A stretch of DNA of 64,000 nt. It comes from Candidatus Geothermocultor quzhuomuensis (GTDB taxonomy: Bacteria; Actinomycetota; Aquicultoria; Geothermocultorales; Geothermocultoraceae). The stretch lies in NCBI GenBank assembly GCA_015711795.1, contig JACVJC010000002.1, positions 35,649 to 99,648 of the forward strand. The letters run 5' to 3'. Shown piece by piece: positions 18,976 through 30,140 of the stretch. A program made the translations under genes and the position numbers. The notes under the pieces were generated by a model. The model was not told where the DNA came from and did no database searches. It saw only the letters and a list, made by a program, of their open reading frames with translations. Within the stretch, counting starts at the first letter, position 1. The number at the start of each line of letters is the position of its first letter.

Positions 18976-21900
18976 TTGTATTTAAAATCTTTATCTGTTC
19001 GGGGATTTAAATCTTTTGCGGATAAAGTTGTTTTACTCTTTGAACCTGGAATTTCAGTAATTGTTGGTCCTAATGGTAGCGGAAAGAGTAACTTAATCGA
19101 TGCAATCCTTTGGGTTTTAGGTGAACAAAGTCCACATTCCTTGAGAGGGGGAGCGATGGAAGATGTTATTTTTGCTGGTAGCTCTTCTCGTGCTCCTCTT
19201 GGTGTCGCTGAAGCCTCTTTAACTTTAGACAACTCTGATGGCTTTTTACCCATTGATTTTTCCGAGGTTTGCATCTCAAGAAGGATTTATCGTTCTGGCG
19301 AAAGTGACTATTTTCTTAATGGAAGCCCTTGTCGACTTTTAGATATTCAAGAACTCCTCTCTGACTCTGGCATTAGTCAAAGATTACATACCATAGTAGG
19401 GCAGGGGCAGATGGAAGAGATAATTAATAGTAAACCTGAGGAGAGAAGAGTTTTAATTGAAGAAGTAGCTGGCATTTTTAAGTATCGGAGGAGAAAGGAA
19501 AAAGCTTTAAAGAAACTTTCTTCAATTGATGAGAAGTTAGTAAGATTGAAGGATATTATTTATGAGCTTAATCGTCAGTTGAAACCACTCCAGGAACAAG
19601 CTTCCAAGGCTGAAAGATTTCAAAAAATTCAAGATGAACTTAGGAACTTGCAAGTGGGTTTAGCTGTTTCTAGATTAAGAGCTTTTCAAAAGGAATGGCA
19701 AAGATTAAAAGAGAATCAAAAAAATAAGGAGAAAGAATATTTAAGCTCAAAGAAAGCGTTGGAGAGGAACATTAAATGGATTGAAAGCTTGCAGGTTGAA
19801 CTGGAAAAAAAAGGTCTCTTTGTCGGTGATTTAACTGAAAAAAAAGAGAAATTAAGAAGCATTTATGACCGCTTAAACTCAGGCCTTCTTCTCTTAGAAG
19901 AAAAGGGGAAAAATTTGGTGGAGAAACTTTCAGAGATTCGTCGGAAGATTTACCAAGTTGATATGGGGAAAAGAGCAAACGAGGAGAGGTTATCAGCTAT
20001 TCGAGGGGAAAAAGCCACTATTGACAATCACCTTGCAGATATTCATCAAGCCCTTGCTGACCTTCGGAGAAGAAGCGAACAGATAAAGAAAGACCGAAAG
20101 CAAATTGAGGAAGAGGAAAAACTACTTGAAAGGAAGATTAGACTCGCTCGAGAAAACTTGAGAGAGAAAAGACAGCTTTTCGAAGAAAGAGGCTTAGAGA
20201 GGGTTAAGCTAGAATCTAATTTAACCTTTTTGGATTGGCAGAAAAATGAGCTTAAAAAGAAAGAGAAAGAAATTTTAAGTAGATTAAAAGAGATTGAAAG
20301 TGAGGAAGCTAAGCTAAAAATTAATCTAGATAAAATGAGAAAGTCTTTCAGTTCTTTCGATAAAGAGGAGGAGGTAACTCAAGAAAAAATTAGTTTAGAG
20401 AAAGAGAAAAGAGAAAAATTAGAGAAAGAGCAAGATGAAATTAATTTTCAAAAAAGGGCTCTTGAGACAGAAGCAAAGTTCCCTTTTGAAGTTCCTGAAT
20501 TTAATAATCTTAACACTCTTGGATTTTTATCAGATTTTTTAGAAATTTCCCCAGGATATGAAAGATTTGTTGAAATATTTTTAAGTGATTATTTCTTCTC
20601 ACTGCTTGTTGGAAAGGGAAGCGAAGTCAAAACTATTTTTTCCAAACTTAAAAAAGCTGAAACTTTTCTTTCCCTTTTTTCATTAGAAAAAATTAAAGAA
20701 AATGTTGCTTCTCTAAAAATTAATCCTGGTTTTCCCTTGAGAGATGTAGTTAAAGCAAAAGGAGAAGCTAAAAAGGTAGTTGATTTTCTTTTTAAAGATG
20801 TTTTTTTAGTAGATGATTTTAAAGTTGCTTTAAAACTTGCTAAAACTTACCCCGAAGCAACTTTTGTCAGCAAAGATGGCATGGTTGTTTATCCTCATGG
20901 TCTTTTTAGGCTTGATACTCGCCGAGGCGGGGGATTAATAACTAAAAGGAAAATTGCCCTTGAGCTTAATTCAAAAGAAGCTTCTTTAAGAGCAGAAATT
21001 AATCATTGTGAAGAGGAAATAGCTCGCTTAGTTAAATGGAAAAAGAATATTGAGAGCAAGAAAGATAATTTGTTAAAAAATTTAAGGGAGGAAGAAGGGA
21101 AAATCCACTTTTTAAGAGCAGAGAAGGTTCAACTTGAGGAAAGGTTAGGGGAATTAAACCAAAAATTAGAAGAGATTTCCAAGGAGATCAAAGAAGAAAG
21201 TTTAAAATTGGAAGAAGAAAAGAAAAACTTAGCTCGAAGTCGAGAAGGGATTGCTTTAATGGAAAAAAACTTAATTGAGATAGAGGCTTTAAGAGCGAAG
21301 CTAGGGAAAAGAAAGGAAGAAAAAATTGAAGAAGAAGGAAAAATTAGTCAGGAAATCAGTGATTGCCAAGTTGAAATGGCGACTTTAATTGAGAAGCAAG
21401 GTTTTTTCAAAAAGGAGTTAATTTCTTTAGAAAAAGAAATTCAAGAAGGAGAGAACTTCCTTTTAACTGAGGGGAAAATAGTAGATTCCCTTGAAAGATT
21501 AAAAGATAGGATCGAACCCCTTAATAAGGTTTATCTTCAGCATCTGGAGTTTGTGGAAGAAAAACTTTCTTTTTTAGAAAACTTAAAAGAAATTGAAAAG
21601 GATAAGGTCTTTAATGTTAAAGATAAGATTGTCCAACTTCAAGAGGAGTGTAAAGCCCAATCTGATTTAATCGAGAAACTACAGCAAGAAATGGAAGAAG
21701 CAAAGATTTTAAAGGTTCAATTGGAAGAAAAGGTTTCTTCAGTAGCGAGAAAAATTCTTGATGAGTTTAATCTCCCAGTTGAGACAGCCTTAGAAAAGTA
21801 TTCTAATTTTGAGTTAAGGGAGGAGGTTTGCGAGGAGAGAATTAAAAAACTAAAGGCTGACATGGAAAGTATTGGTCAAGTTAATCCTTTAGCAATTAAA

Positions 21901-22488
21901 GAATATTCTTCTCTTTTAGAAAGAAAGAAATTCCTTAGTGACCAAATTAATGACTTAGAAGAAGGCAAAAAAGCTATTGGGACAATAGTTAGAGCAATTG
22001 ACCGAAAGATAAAAGAGAAATTTTTAGAGGCTTTTGAAAAGTTAAATCAGAATTTTCAAGAAGTTTTTCTATCCCTTTTCCCCAGTGGGAAAGCTGAGTT
22101 AATTCTTGTTCCTTCTGATGACCCTCTGGAAGCTGGAGTTGAGATTATCGCTCAACCCCAAGGGAAAAAGCTTAAAAGGATGAGCCTGTTGTCGGGTGGA
22201 GAAAGAGCTCTGGTTGCTTTAAGTCTTCTCTTTGCCTTTCACTTCACTTCTCCTAGTCCCTTTTACATTTTAGATGAAGTAGAGCCTTCTTTGGATGACC
22301 TTAACCTTCAGCGATTTATTAATTTGCTTAAGAAAATTAAGGAAGAAGCACAAATTTTAATTGTAACTCACCAGAGGAGAACAATGGAGATAGGAGATAT
22401 AATTTATGGAGTTTCGATGCAAGCTGATGGTGTTTCTAAGGTATTTTCACAAAAGATGCTTTACCTCGAGGAGGCTCAAGGATATTGA
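18976..22488 (+). CDS. smc: Chromosome segregation protein SMC
   Basis: GFKSFAD, GPNGSGKSN, long coiled coils, LSGGE, LDEVE, IVTH. Confidence 0.96.
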   Translation: MYLKSLSVRGFKSFADKVVLLFEPGISVIVGPNGSGKSNLIDAILWVLGEQSPHSLRGGAMEDVIFAGSSSRAPLGVAEASLTLDNSDGFLPIDFSEVCISRRIYRSGESDYFLNGSPCRLLDIQELLSDSGISQRLHTIVGQGQMEEIINSKPEERRVLIEEVAGIFKYRRRKEKALKKLSSIDEKLVRLKDIIYELNRQLKPLQEQASKAERFQKIQDELRNLQVGLAVSRLRAFQKEWQRLKENQKNKEKEYLSSKKALERNIKWIESLQVELEKKGLFVGDLTEKKEKLRSIYDRLNSGLLLLEEKGKNLVEKLSEIRRKIYQVDMGKRANEERLSAIRGEKATIDNHLADIHQALADLRRRSEQIKKDRKQIEEEEKLLERKIRLARENLREKRQLFEERGLERVKLESNLTFLDWQKNELKKKEKEILSRLKEIESEEAKLKINLDKMRKSFSSFDKEEEVTQEKISLEKEKREKLEKEQDEINFQKRALETEAKFPFEVPEFNNLNTLGFLSDFLEISPGYERFVEIFLSDYFFSLLVGKGSEVKTIFSKLKKAETFLSLFSLEKIKENVASLKINPGFPLRDVVKAKGEAKKVVDFLFKDVFLVDDFKVALKLAKTYPEATFVSKDGMVVYPHGLFRLDTRRGGGLITKRKIALELNSKEASLRAEINHCEEEIARLVKWKKNIESKKDNLLKNLREEEGKIHFLRAEKVQLEERLGELNQKLEEISKEIKEESLKLEEEKKNLARSREGIALMEKNLIEIEALRAKLGKRKEEKIEEEGKISQEISDCQVEMATLIEKQGFFKKELISLEKEIQEGENFLLTEGKIVDSLERLKDRIEPLNKVYLQHLEFVEEKLSFLENLKEIEKDKVFNVKDKIVQLQEECKAQSDLIEKLQQEMEEAKILKVQLEEKVSSVARKILDEFNLPVETALEKYSNFELREEVCEERIKKLKADMESIGQVNPLAIKEYSSLLERKKFLSDQINDLEEGKKAIGTIVRAIDRKIKEKFLEAFEKLNQNFQEVFLSLFPSGKAELILVPSDDPLEAGVEIIAQPQGKKLKRMSLLSGGERALVALSLLFAFHFTSPSPFYILDEVEPSLDDLNLQRFINLLKKIKEEAQILIVTHQRRTMEIGDIIYGVSMQADGVSKVFSQKMLYLEEAQGY

Positions 22489-23375
22489 ATCTGTTAGAAA
22501 AACTGAAAAAGGGGTTGAGCAAAAGCCGCTATCAAATTAGGGGAAGCATTACTTCTTTAATTAATCGAACGAAAAAAATTTCTGAAGAGACCTGGGGTGA
22601 TTTAGAGGAAATTCTTGTTCAAGCAGATGTTGGAGTTGAGACAACTTTAAAATTGATTCAATCTTTGCGAGAGAAAAGGGTTTCAAAGGAAAATCTTTTG
22701 GCTGAACTAAAAGAAGAAATCCTCAAAGATTTAGATAACCAAAATTCTTTAGAGTTAAAAGAGGGGCTTAATATATTACTGATTGTAGGAGTTAATGGGA
22801 CAGGGAAAACAACTTCAATTGCCAAAATTAGTTACTTATATAAGAAAAGAGGAAAGAAAGTCATTTTAGCTGCGGCTGATACTTTTAGAGCTGCAGCAAT
22901 TGAACAGCTAGAGGAATGGGCAAAAAAGATAGAAGTTGACTTGGTGAAACATCAAAGAGGGGGTAGCCCTGCAGCCGTTGTTTATGATGCTGTTGAAGCT
23001 GCTTCAAAGAGAGATGCTGACCTTCTTATTATTGATACAGCTGGTCGCCTCCATACTTACTCTCATTTAATAGAAGAATTAAAGAAAATAAAGCGGGTGA
23101 TTTTAAAGCTTTCACCCCAAGCTAACTTAAAAATCCTTTTAGTTCTTGATGCTACCTTTGGTGAAAATGCACTTTCCCAAGCAAAAACCTTCCAAGAAGG
23201 ATTAGGACTTGATGGAATTATTTTAACTAAAATGGATGGAACAGCCAAAGGTGGAATCGTTATTCCACTGCGAAAAAAATTAGGCATTCCCATTAATTTT
23301 CTTGGGATTGGAGAAAACCTCGAAGATTTGGTTAGTTTTGAAGCCAAAGCCTTTATAGAAGCTCTCTTTTCTTAA
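22485..23375 (+). CDS. ftsY: SRP receptor FtsY (short NG form)
   Basis: GVNGTGKTT, DTFRAAA, DTAGR, TKMDGTAKGG. Confidence 0.96.
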   Translation: MNLLEKLKKGLSKSRYQIRGSITSLINRTKKISEETWGDLEEILVQADVGVETTLKLIQSLREKRVSKENLLAELKEEILKDLDNQNSLELKEGLNILLIVGVNGTGKTTSIAKISYLYKKRGKKVILAAADTFRAAAIEQLEEWAKKIEVDLVKHQRGGSPAAVVYDAVEAASKRDADLLIIDTAGRLHTYSHLIEELKKIKRVILKLSPQANLKILLVLDATFGENALSQAKTFQEGLGLDGIILTKMDGTAKGGIVIPLRKKLGIPINFLGIGENLEDLVSFEAKAFIEALFS

Positions 23376-26300
23376 TCACCTTTTCTAGGTTCTTCTAGAG
23401 CTTCACCTTTTTCCATCGATTTCAAGGCTTCAAGAGCGATTAATCGGATTTTCCTTTTTTTGTCTTTAGTTAATCTTTTAAGACCTTTAATTGCTTCTTC
23501 ATTCTTAAAATGACTAAGCGCCCAGGCACATGCTGTTCTGACATCCTCACTCTTTGACCATTTTAAAAGGAATTTTTTTTCAAAAAGAGCTTTTAATAGG
23601 ACTGGAATTGAGGACTCGTCTCCAATTTTCCCTAAAGTTAAACAAATTTCTATTTGTATAGGTTCGGGGGATGAATCTAAAAGTTCGTATAAGGAAGGGA
23701 GAGATTCTTTTGACTTAAGCTCACCTAGGGCTTTAACAGCCTCGAGGGCAACTGAAATGTTCTTATCGTAAATGAAAGGGAGAATGTATTTTGCTTCTTC
23801 AGGTTGGGAAATTTTAGTAAATACATGGATAATTTTTTTTCTAATAAAGGGATTTGGGTGAGAGATAAGTCTGGAAAAAGCTTCAAGAATTTGGGGGTTG
23901 CTAATTGAACTGAGAATGTCAATCAAAGCTATCAAAATTCTGGGAGAAGTTTTCGGAGTTAAAGCTTTTAAGGCAGGCTCAATAATTTTTTCCCTCATTA
24001 AATAAAGAGTTTTAACGATAATTTTATAAATTTCTACATCTTCTTTGGAAAGAAGTTCAATTAAATTGGGAGCAGCCTTTTCCCCTAATTTTGCTAAAAC
24101 AAGAGATGCCCCTTTTTGAGTTTCTTCGTTTCTTGATTTAAGGTCATTAATGAGGATATTGATAGTTTCGTTTTTAATTTTTTCCATTGCTTGGTTAACG
24201 GTTTCTTTTACTCTTTCAGCTTTTGCTTTTTTCTCTAACAACTCAAGAGATCGAGTTGCTTTAGAAAATTCCCCTCCTTTAATTTCTTGGACAATTTGTT
24301 TAGTTAAAATATTGACAAGAGGTGAAAGAACTTCATTTTCTTCTTCCTCTTCGATTATATGGTTCAAGCGTTCTGCCATTTGAATAAGGATATCCTTTTT
24401 CTTTTCCAGAAGCGGGCTTACTTCCTCAATTTTTTGAGCTATATCTTTTCTGTTAGGCGATGGATAACTTAATTCATCAAGAAGCTTACTGATAATATTT
24501 TGAGTTAAATTTTCCTTCCCTTCTTCAGTTAAAAGTTGTTCAACTATTTTGGGAATTTCCTTTAATCTTTCAGGTGTTAAGCTTTTTCTTAAAACTTCTT
24601 CTGCTTTTTGAGAAGCAACAAAGGGTGAGGTTTCTGGAGCTTCTTTTAACTGGTAAATTCCTCTTTTTTGGGCTAAGTCTATTAGCTTGTTCATAATTTT
24701 CTCAATTTCACTCTTTTTTATAGGTAATTCAGCTTTCCTCCCCGTCTCTTCGAGGGATCTTGCCATTAATTTAGTTATTTTTTCAATTTTGTCATTGGGA
24801 AGAGTTGAAAAGATGATATCTTGAAAGCTTTCTTTGCCAGTTGTTTTTTTCAATAAAGAAACGATTTTTTCAGGGGCAAAAGAAGTGATAGTTTGACTAA
24901 TTTGTTTATTTAATTTTTCTTGATCCTTAAGGTCAAGAGAGGATTTTAGTTTTTCCATTTTTTCAAGGATCTCTGCTGCCTTCTCTTCTTGAGATAAAAT
25001 CTCGGAGAGAAAGAGAGAAAAGGAAGGTGATTGAGAAGGGCTAAGAAGCTGAATTAAGGCTTCTCTCCCTTCCTCCTCAGCAACTTTACCTTCCAAAACT
25101 TCACTTAAAATCTTTTGAAAATCGAGAGGAGAAGGGATAGTTTCAGGTATTTCTAGAGGAGGAATTTCTTTTGGCTGAATTGAAATTTTTGGTTCCCCTG
25201 CCTTGATCATCTCTTTTTCTTCTAGAGTGACATAGATTTTTTCATTTACTTTAATGTGAGTGATGGAACTTTCTTTAAGCAGAGCTTCTACGCCACCCTT
25301 TTCTTTAACAGTGGCAGGATTACTACTTAGCACCTTCAAAAGAGAGATAATTTCTTCTTCTGTTAACCCTTTTTTAAAGGTGATACTTTTGATTCCTTGT
25401 TCAATAAAAATAGATGTAACAGCGGAAACATAAGTTTTCCCTTTTGCGTCAAGTTCATCTCCTTCTACTAAAAGTTCTTTTTCCACTTCGCTCATTGTAA
25501 GGGAGCCCCTTTCATTTAAAAGGGGATTTAGGTTTTGTAAAGCTGTTTCAATAGAATCAACGATTAAGTGACTGGTTGGAGGATAAAGTTTGAGATTGAT
25601 AAGAGCGGCTCTAAATGAGCGAAGAAATTCAGAAGTTTGCTCCAATTCCTCCCGGCTTAGGGGCTTTTTTGGTGGTATAACTTCTGGAGTGGGTAAAGAG
25701 GGAAGAAGCTGGTTTATCTTCTGCCAGATTTGATTGTGGTAAGAAAGAGCTTTTTCTCGATTATCTGACTTTGTAAAATGGTAAGCAAGAAAAGGAGCTG
25801 CTTCCTCAATCTTAGAAGCATAAAGCGCTTCGATAATTTCTCCAATTTTGTTGTGAAGAAGTTTCTTCTCTTTTTCTTCAACAATTTCAGAGAGCGCTTT
25901 TAATATTTCCTGACTTGTAAAATCAAACCTTTCATCACTTAAAGGTTTTTCTTCTTCAACTAATCCAATTTTTTTTATCTTATCAACTAGCTCAAGTACT
26001 TCGCTTTCACTTTTTTTACCTAATCCTTTAAGTATCTTTAAATCAATTCCTTTGCCTATAATTGATGCTTGAACTAATGTTTCTTTAACCTCTTCATCTA
26101 ATTTCTGGAGTCTTTGCTTAATTACATCTTTCAGGGTTGTTGGAAGTTTGCTTGGTTCAATTGAGCCAAATAACCAGCGGCCATTTTCAAAATAAATGAG
26201 TTTTTCCTCAACTAAAAGGTTAAGAAGCTGTTCAATGAAAAGGGGATTACCAGAAGTAATTTCAAAGAAAGTTTCGAGAAAGCTAGGCTCCAGGGATATT

Positions 26301-27544
26301 TGAGGGAAGTTTAATTCAATAATTTCTTTTGTCTTTTCTTTACTTAAGTTTTCAAGTGAAATTTCGTCAATAAGCCCTTTTTCTTTAAGCTCTTCTTTTA
26401 TTTCTAAAAGCTTTTCTCCTTTAAACTCAAAAGGGGTGTAGGTAGCTAGAACAATAAGGGGTGATTGAAGAAGTGACTGAGCTAGAAGAGGGATTAATTC
26501 AAGTGATAACTCATCAGCTAATTGAAAATCGTCAATAGCGAGGAGGGTAGTTCTTTCTGTTGAGATCTCTTTAAATGTTTTGATAATAACCTCGGGTAAA
26601 CTTTCTCCACTTTCTTGAGAAGGGATTGGGAAGGCTAAATCTTTAAGTTCTGGTATTATTTTTAATAAATCTTTTCCAAAAAGAGACAATATTTTTTGGG
26701 AAGTTTTGCTTTCTTTATTTTGAATAAGATAATTCTTAATAAGCGAGGCAAAGAGGTAGAAAGGTTCGAGCATTTTTATTTCTTCGCCTGATGTAAATAA
26801 GTAGGCAAAGCCCCTCTCTTCAGCTTTTTTGAGGATTTCAGTTAACAACCTTGTTTTACCAACTCCATGTTCACCTTTAATTAAAGTGAAATTCCATTTA
26901 CCTTGTTTAGCTAAATCAAGGAGAGAATTGATTTGAGATATTTGCTCATCTCGACCGACTAATGCTTTAAAACTAGGAAGAATTGGAGGGGCAACCTCTT
27001 TTGGTATTAAGGAAAAGAGAGAGACACGATTTCTTCCCATCTTTTTAGAGGCATAGAGAGCCTTATCAGCTGCTTCAATTAAATCTTTTGCCGTTTGAGC
27101 GTCATCGGGGAAGGAAGCTAAACCAGCACTTAAAGTAACCTTAAGGTTAAACTGAGGAAGACAAGGGGTATCCGCAACAATTTGAACAAGTTTATTGAGA
27201 ATTGGTTGAGCTTCTTCCTTTGATGTTTCTGGAAAAAGGATGGCAAATTCATCGCCAGCGTATCTTGTTACAATATCTTTATCTCTAACATTTTCTTTTA
27301 AAAGTAAGGCAACTTTGCTTAAAACTTCATCACCAGCTAAATGGCCATAAGTGTCATTAATTTCTTTAAAGTGGTCAACATCAATCATACAAAAAGAGAA
27401 GGGATAGTTTTTAGTTTGATTTTTTTTAATTATTTGAGGAAGTTGTTGGAAAAGATACCGCCGATTGTAAAGGTTAGTTAATTCATCTGTGAGCGCTAAA
27501 TAGATTAAGCTTTCTGGTGAAGGTTTTAATTCGTTATCTTTCAT
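23372..27544 (-). CDS. Multidomain diguanylate cyclase: GGDEF, AAA_16-like NTPase, unknown middle region, HEAT repeats
   Basis: DELTNLYNRR, DVDHFK, RDKD I-site, RYAGDEF; LVGRDEQ, GEHGVGKTRL, LAIDDFQLAD, GNPLFIEQL; C-terminal ALGEL/TLGKI HEAT-like repeats. Confidence 0.85.
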   Translation of the reverse strand: MKDNELKPSPESLIYLALTDELTNLYNRRYLFQQLPQIIKKNQTKNYPFSFCMIDVDHFKEINDTYGHLAGDEVLSKVALLLKENVRDKDIVTRYAGDEFAILFPETSKEEAQPILNKLVQIVADTPCLPQFNLKVTLSAGLASFPDDAQTAKDLIEAADKALYASKKMGRNRVSLFSLIPKEVAPPILPSFKALVGRDEQISQINSLLDLAKQGKWNFTLIKGEHGVGKTRLLTEILKKAEERGFAYLFTSGEEIKMLEPFYLFASLIKNYLIQNKESKTSQKILSLFGKDLLKIIPELKDLAFPIPSQESGESLPEVIIKTFKEISTERTTLLAIDDFQLADELSLELIPLLAQSLLQSPLIVLATYTPFEFKGEKLLEIKEELKEKGLIDEISLENLSKEKTKEIIELNFPQISLEPSFLETFFEITSGNPLFIEQLLNLLVEEKLIYFENGRWLFGSIEPSKLPTTLKDVIKQRLQKLDEEVKETLVQASIIGKGIDLKILKGLGKKSESEVLELVDKIKKIGLVEEEKPLSDERFDFTSQEILKALSEIVEEKEKKLLHNKIGEIIEALYASKIEEAAPFLAYHFTKSDNREKALSYHNQIWQKINQLLPSLPTPEVIPPKKPLSREELEQTSEFLRSFRAALINLKLYPPTSHLIVDSIETALQNLNPLLNERGSLTMSEVEKELLVEGDELDAKGKTYVSAVTSIFIEQGIKSITFKKGLTEEEIISLLKVLSSNPATVKEKGGVEALLKESSITHIKVNEKIYVTLEEKEMIKAGEPKISIQPKEIPPLEIPETIPSPLDFQKILSEVLEGKVAEEEGREALIQLLSPSQSPSFSLFLSEILSQEEKAAEILEKMEKLKSSLDLKDQEKLNKQISQTITSFAPEKIVSLLKKTTGKESFQDIIFSTLPNDKIEKITKLMARSLEETGRKAELPIKKSEIEKIMNKLIDLAQKRGIYQLKEAPETSPFVASQKAEEVLRKSLTPERLKEIPKIVEQLLTEEGKENLTQNIISKLLDELSYPSPNRKDIAQKIEEVSPLLEKKKDILIQMAERLNHIIEEEEENEVLSPLVNILTKQIVQEIKGGEFSKATRSLELLEKKAKAERVKETVNQAMEKIKNETINILINDLKSRNEETQKGASLVLAKLGEKAAPNLIELLSKEDVEIYKIIVKTLYLMREKIIEPALKALTPKTSPRILIALIDILSSISNPQILEAFSRLISHPNPFIRKKIIHVFTKISQPEEAKYILPFIYDKNISVALEAVKALGELKSKESLPSLYELLDSSPEPIQIEICLTLGKIGDESSIPVLLKALFEKKFLLKWSKSEDVRTACAWALSHFKNEEAIKGLKRLTKDKKRKIRLIALEALKSMEKGEALEEPRKGD

Positions 27545-27904
27545 TTGAATCCCTAATAAATAAAAAACTTAGGCTTTAATTTTATAATTGTAATTTATAA
27601 ATCCTTTTCATAAATCCTCAACCTAGATCATTTTTAAATTCGAATATCGAAATTCTAAATTCCTGCTTGCAACAGAAAAGCGAAACAAATTTCAAATTTT
27701 ATTTCCATTCGTATTCCTTCTTTCTCCCTTAATCCTATCTTTTCTTCCACCTTGGCCCAAAAAGCTTGAGCACTTTTAAAGGTAATTTATGTCAATATAA
27801 TTATATCAATATTTGAATTGTTCCTCACCTATGATAAGTTATTAGAGGATAGAGAACAAGTAACAGGTAACAACAAATAACTGCTAATTGTGTTAGTTAG
27901 ATAG

Positions 27905-29044
27905 GTGGGTAGTGTGAAAGATTTGCCTAGGGCTGTTCAGACATTTATTGAGTTAGTTAAGATTCCAAGTCCTTCTTTTAGAGAAAAAGATTTTTGTTTT
28001 CACCTTAAAAAAATTTTAGAAGAGTTAGGGTTGGAAGTATTTATTGATGATGCCGGAGAAAAGATCGGTGGCAATTGTGGAAATTTAATTGCTATTTTAC
28101 CTTCAAATGAGCCATCTTATCCGCCTCTTTTGTTTAATTCTCACTTGGACACAGTTGAGCCATGCGATGACATTAAACCAGTAATTGAGGGAGATTTAAT
28201 TAAAAGTGACGGTAAAACTATCTTAGGAGCGGATGACAAAGTTGGAATTGCAGCTATTATCGAAGCATTAAAGAGGGTGATTGAAAATAATTTAAATCAT
28301 GGGAGGTTAGAATTAGTTTTTACAGTGGGGGAAGAAAAAGGGCTTTTGGGAGCGAAAAATCTTGACCTATCGATTTTTCAAGCTCAAGCCGGCTTTGTTC
28401 TCGACTCAGAAGGGGAAGTTGGGAAGGTAGTCATTAAGGCTCCTTCACAGGATTATTTCAAAGCTACTTTCAAAGGTAAAGCTGCTCATGCAGGCGTTTG
28501 CCCAGAAAGCGGCGTAAATTCAATTCAAATTGCTTCTCGAGCAATCTCCAAAATGAAATTGGGTCGGATTGATTATGAAACGACAGCTAACATTGGTTTA
28601 ATCAAAGGAGGACTGGCAATTAACATTGTTCCAGAAGAAACTGTGATTGAGGGGGAAGCAAGAAGCCATAATGAGAGAAAACTAACTTGTCAAATCGAAA
28701 AGATGAGAAGAGAAGCTGAGAAAGAAGCTAAAAAAATGGGTGGGGAAGTGAAGGTAGAAGTAACTCGCCTTTACAATTCCTTTCATCTTGATAAAAAGAG
28801 CCTTCCCTTAAGAATTGCCTCAAAAGCCTTGAAGCTACTTGGTGTGAAACCTATATATTTTTCAACCGGTGGCGGCTCCGATACCAACATCTTCAATCAA
28901 AAAAATATTCCTTGCTTAAGTTTAGGGGTTGGAGCTTCTAATGTTCATACAACTGCAGAAACAACAACCATTAGTTCGCTTGAAAAATTAACTGCTCTCA
29001 TTTTAAAGATAATTGAAGTGAGTAAGGATTTTAAAGATGGCTGA
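27905..29044 (+). CDS. M20 family metallopeptidase (peptidase T-like)
   Basis: SHLDTV, LGADDKVG, GEEKG, GGGSD, NVHT. Confidence 0.9.
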   Translation: MGSVKDLPRAVQTFIELVKIPSPSFREKDFCFHLKKILEELGLEVFIDDAGEKIGGNCGNLIAILPSNEPSYPPLLFNSHLDTVEPCDDIKPVIEGDLIKSDGKTILGADDKVGIAAIIEALKRVIENNLNHGRLELVFTVGEEKGLLGAKNLDLSIFQAQAGFVLDSEGEVGKVVIKAPSQDYFKATFKGKAAHAGVCPESGVNSIQIASRAISKMKLGRIDYETTANIGLIKGGLAINIVPEETVIEGEARSHNERKLTCQIEKMRREAEKEAKKMGGEVKVEVTRLYNSFHLDKKSLPLRIASKALKLLGVKPIYFSTGGGSDTNIFNQKNIPCLSLGVGASNVHTTAETTTISSLEKLTALILKIIEVSKDFKDG

Positions 29045-30140
29045 AGAGAGAATCAATTTTAAAAAAGGAAAGGTCATTAAGATTATTAAAGCTTATGAGG
29101 GACTAACCTTAGTTGAAGTGAAAGTCGATGGACTTAAAAATCAAGCTATTAACTATGAGTATTTAACTGGAGCTATTTCACCAGGTGATGAAGTTATTTT
29201 AAACACAACCGCACTTGACTTAGGGCTAGGCTCTGGGGGTTTCCATTTCGTTCTTTGGAATACCAGATATTCTCGCTTAAGCTTTCCTGCTCCAGGTCAT
29301 ATAATGAAGCTGAGGTATACACCTTTTCAGTTAAAGTGCCTGGCTTTTGAAGAAAGGGAAAGCCCTTACCATTACGATATAAAAAATAAAGTAAATCTGG
29401 AAAAAATGCCCGTTATTATAGGTTCTCTTCATAGTCAACTTCCAGCTATTGCATTAACCTTAAAAAAACTTCTGCCTAAGTTGAAGATTTCTTATATTAT
29501 GACTGATGGGGGAGCTTTACCCATTTATTTTAGTGACAATGTTAGGTATTTAAAAGAAAGAGGAGTAATTGATAAAACTATCACCATTGGAAATGCTTTT
29601 GGCGGTGACCTTGAAGCCGTTAATATCTATTCTGGTCTTATCGCAGCTAAAGAAGTGGTTCAGTCTGATGTTGCAATCGTCATTATGGGTCCAGGTATTT
29701 TAGGGACTGGGACAGCCCTAGGTCACACTGGTTTGGAGCAAGGAGAAATTATCAATGCAGTTAATATCTTGAAAGGATTTCCCATTGCTGTTCCTCGAAT
29801 GCATTTTAAGGAAAAACGAAAGAGACATTATGGTATAAGCCATCATACGATAACTTCTCTTTCCCTTATTGCTTTAACCCCTTGTGTTCTTCCTTTGCCT
29901 CAAATTGAGAGAGGTAAAATGGATTATGTTCTTAATCAATTAGAAGAGTCAGGCATTAGCTTGATGCATAAAATTGAAATTGTTGATGCTTCTATAACTT
30001 TATCGGTTTTAAAGGAGGTTCCTCTCAGTTTAAACACTATGGGGCGGGGAATTGATGAAGAACCAGAATTTTTCATGGCAGCTGGCTCTTCTGCCGTTTA
30101 CTTAAGGGAAAAGCTAAAAAACAAAGAAAGTGAAAAGTAA
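29037..30140 (+). CDS. DUF3866 family protein
   Basis: LNTTALDLGLGSGG, GHIMKLRYTP, LHSQL, MTDGGALP, FGGDLEAVN, GISHH. Confidence 0.82.
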   Translation: MAEERINFKKGKVIKIIKAYEGLTLVEVKVDGLKNQAINYEYLTGAISPGDEVILNTTALDLGLGSGGFHFVLWNTRYSRLSFPAPGHIMKLRYTPFQLKCLAFEERESPYHYDIKNKVNLEKMPVIIGSLHSQLPAIALTLKKLLPKLKISYIMTDGGALPIYFSDNVRYLKERGVIDKTITIGNAFGGDLEAVNIYSGLIAAKEVVQSDVAIVIMGPGILGTGTALGHTGLEQGEIINAVNILKGFPIAVPRMHFKEKRKRHYGISHHTITSLSLIALTPCVLPLPQIERGKMDYVLNQLEESGISLMHKIEIVDASITLSVLKEVPLSLNTMGRGIDEEPEFFMAAGSSAVYLREKLKNKESEK

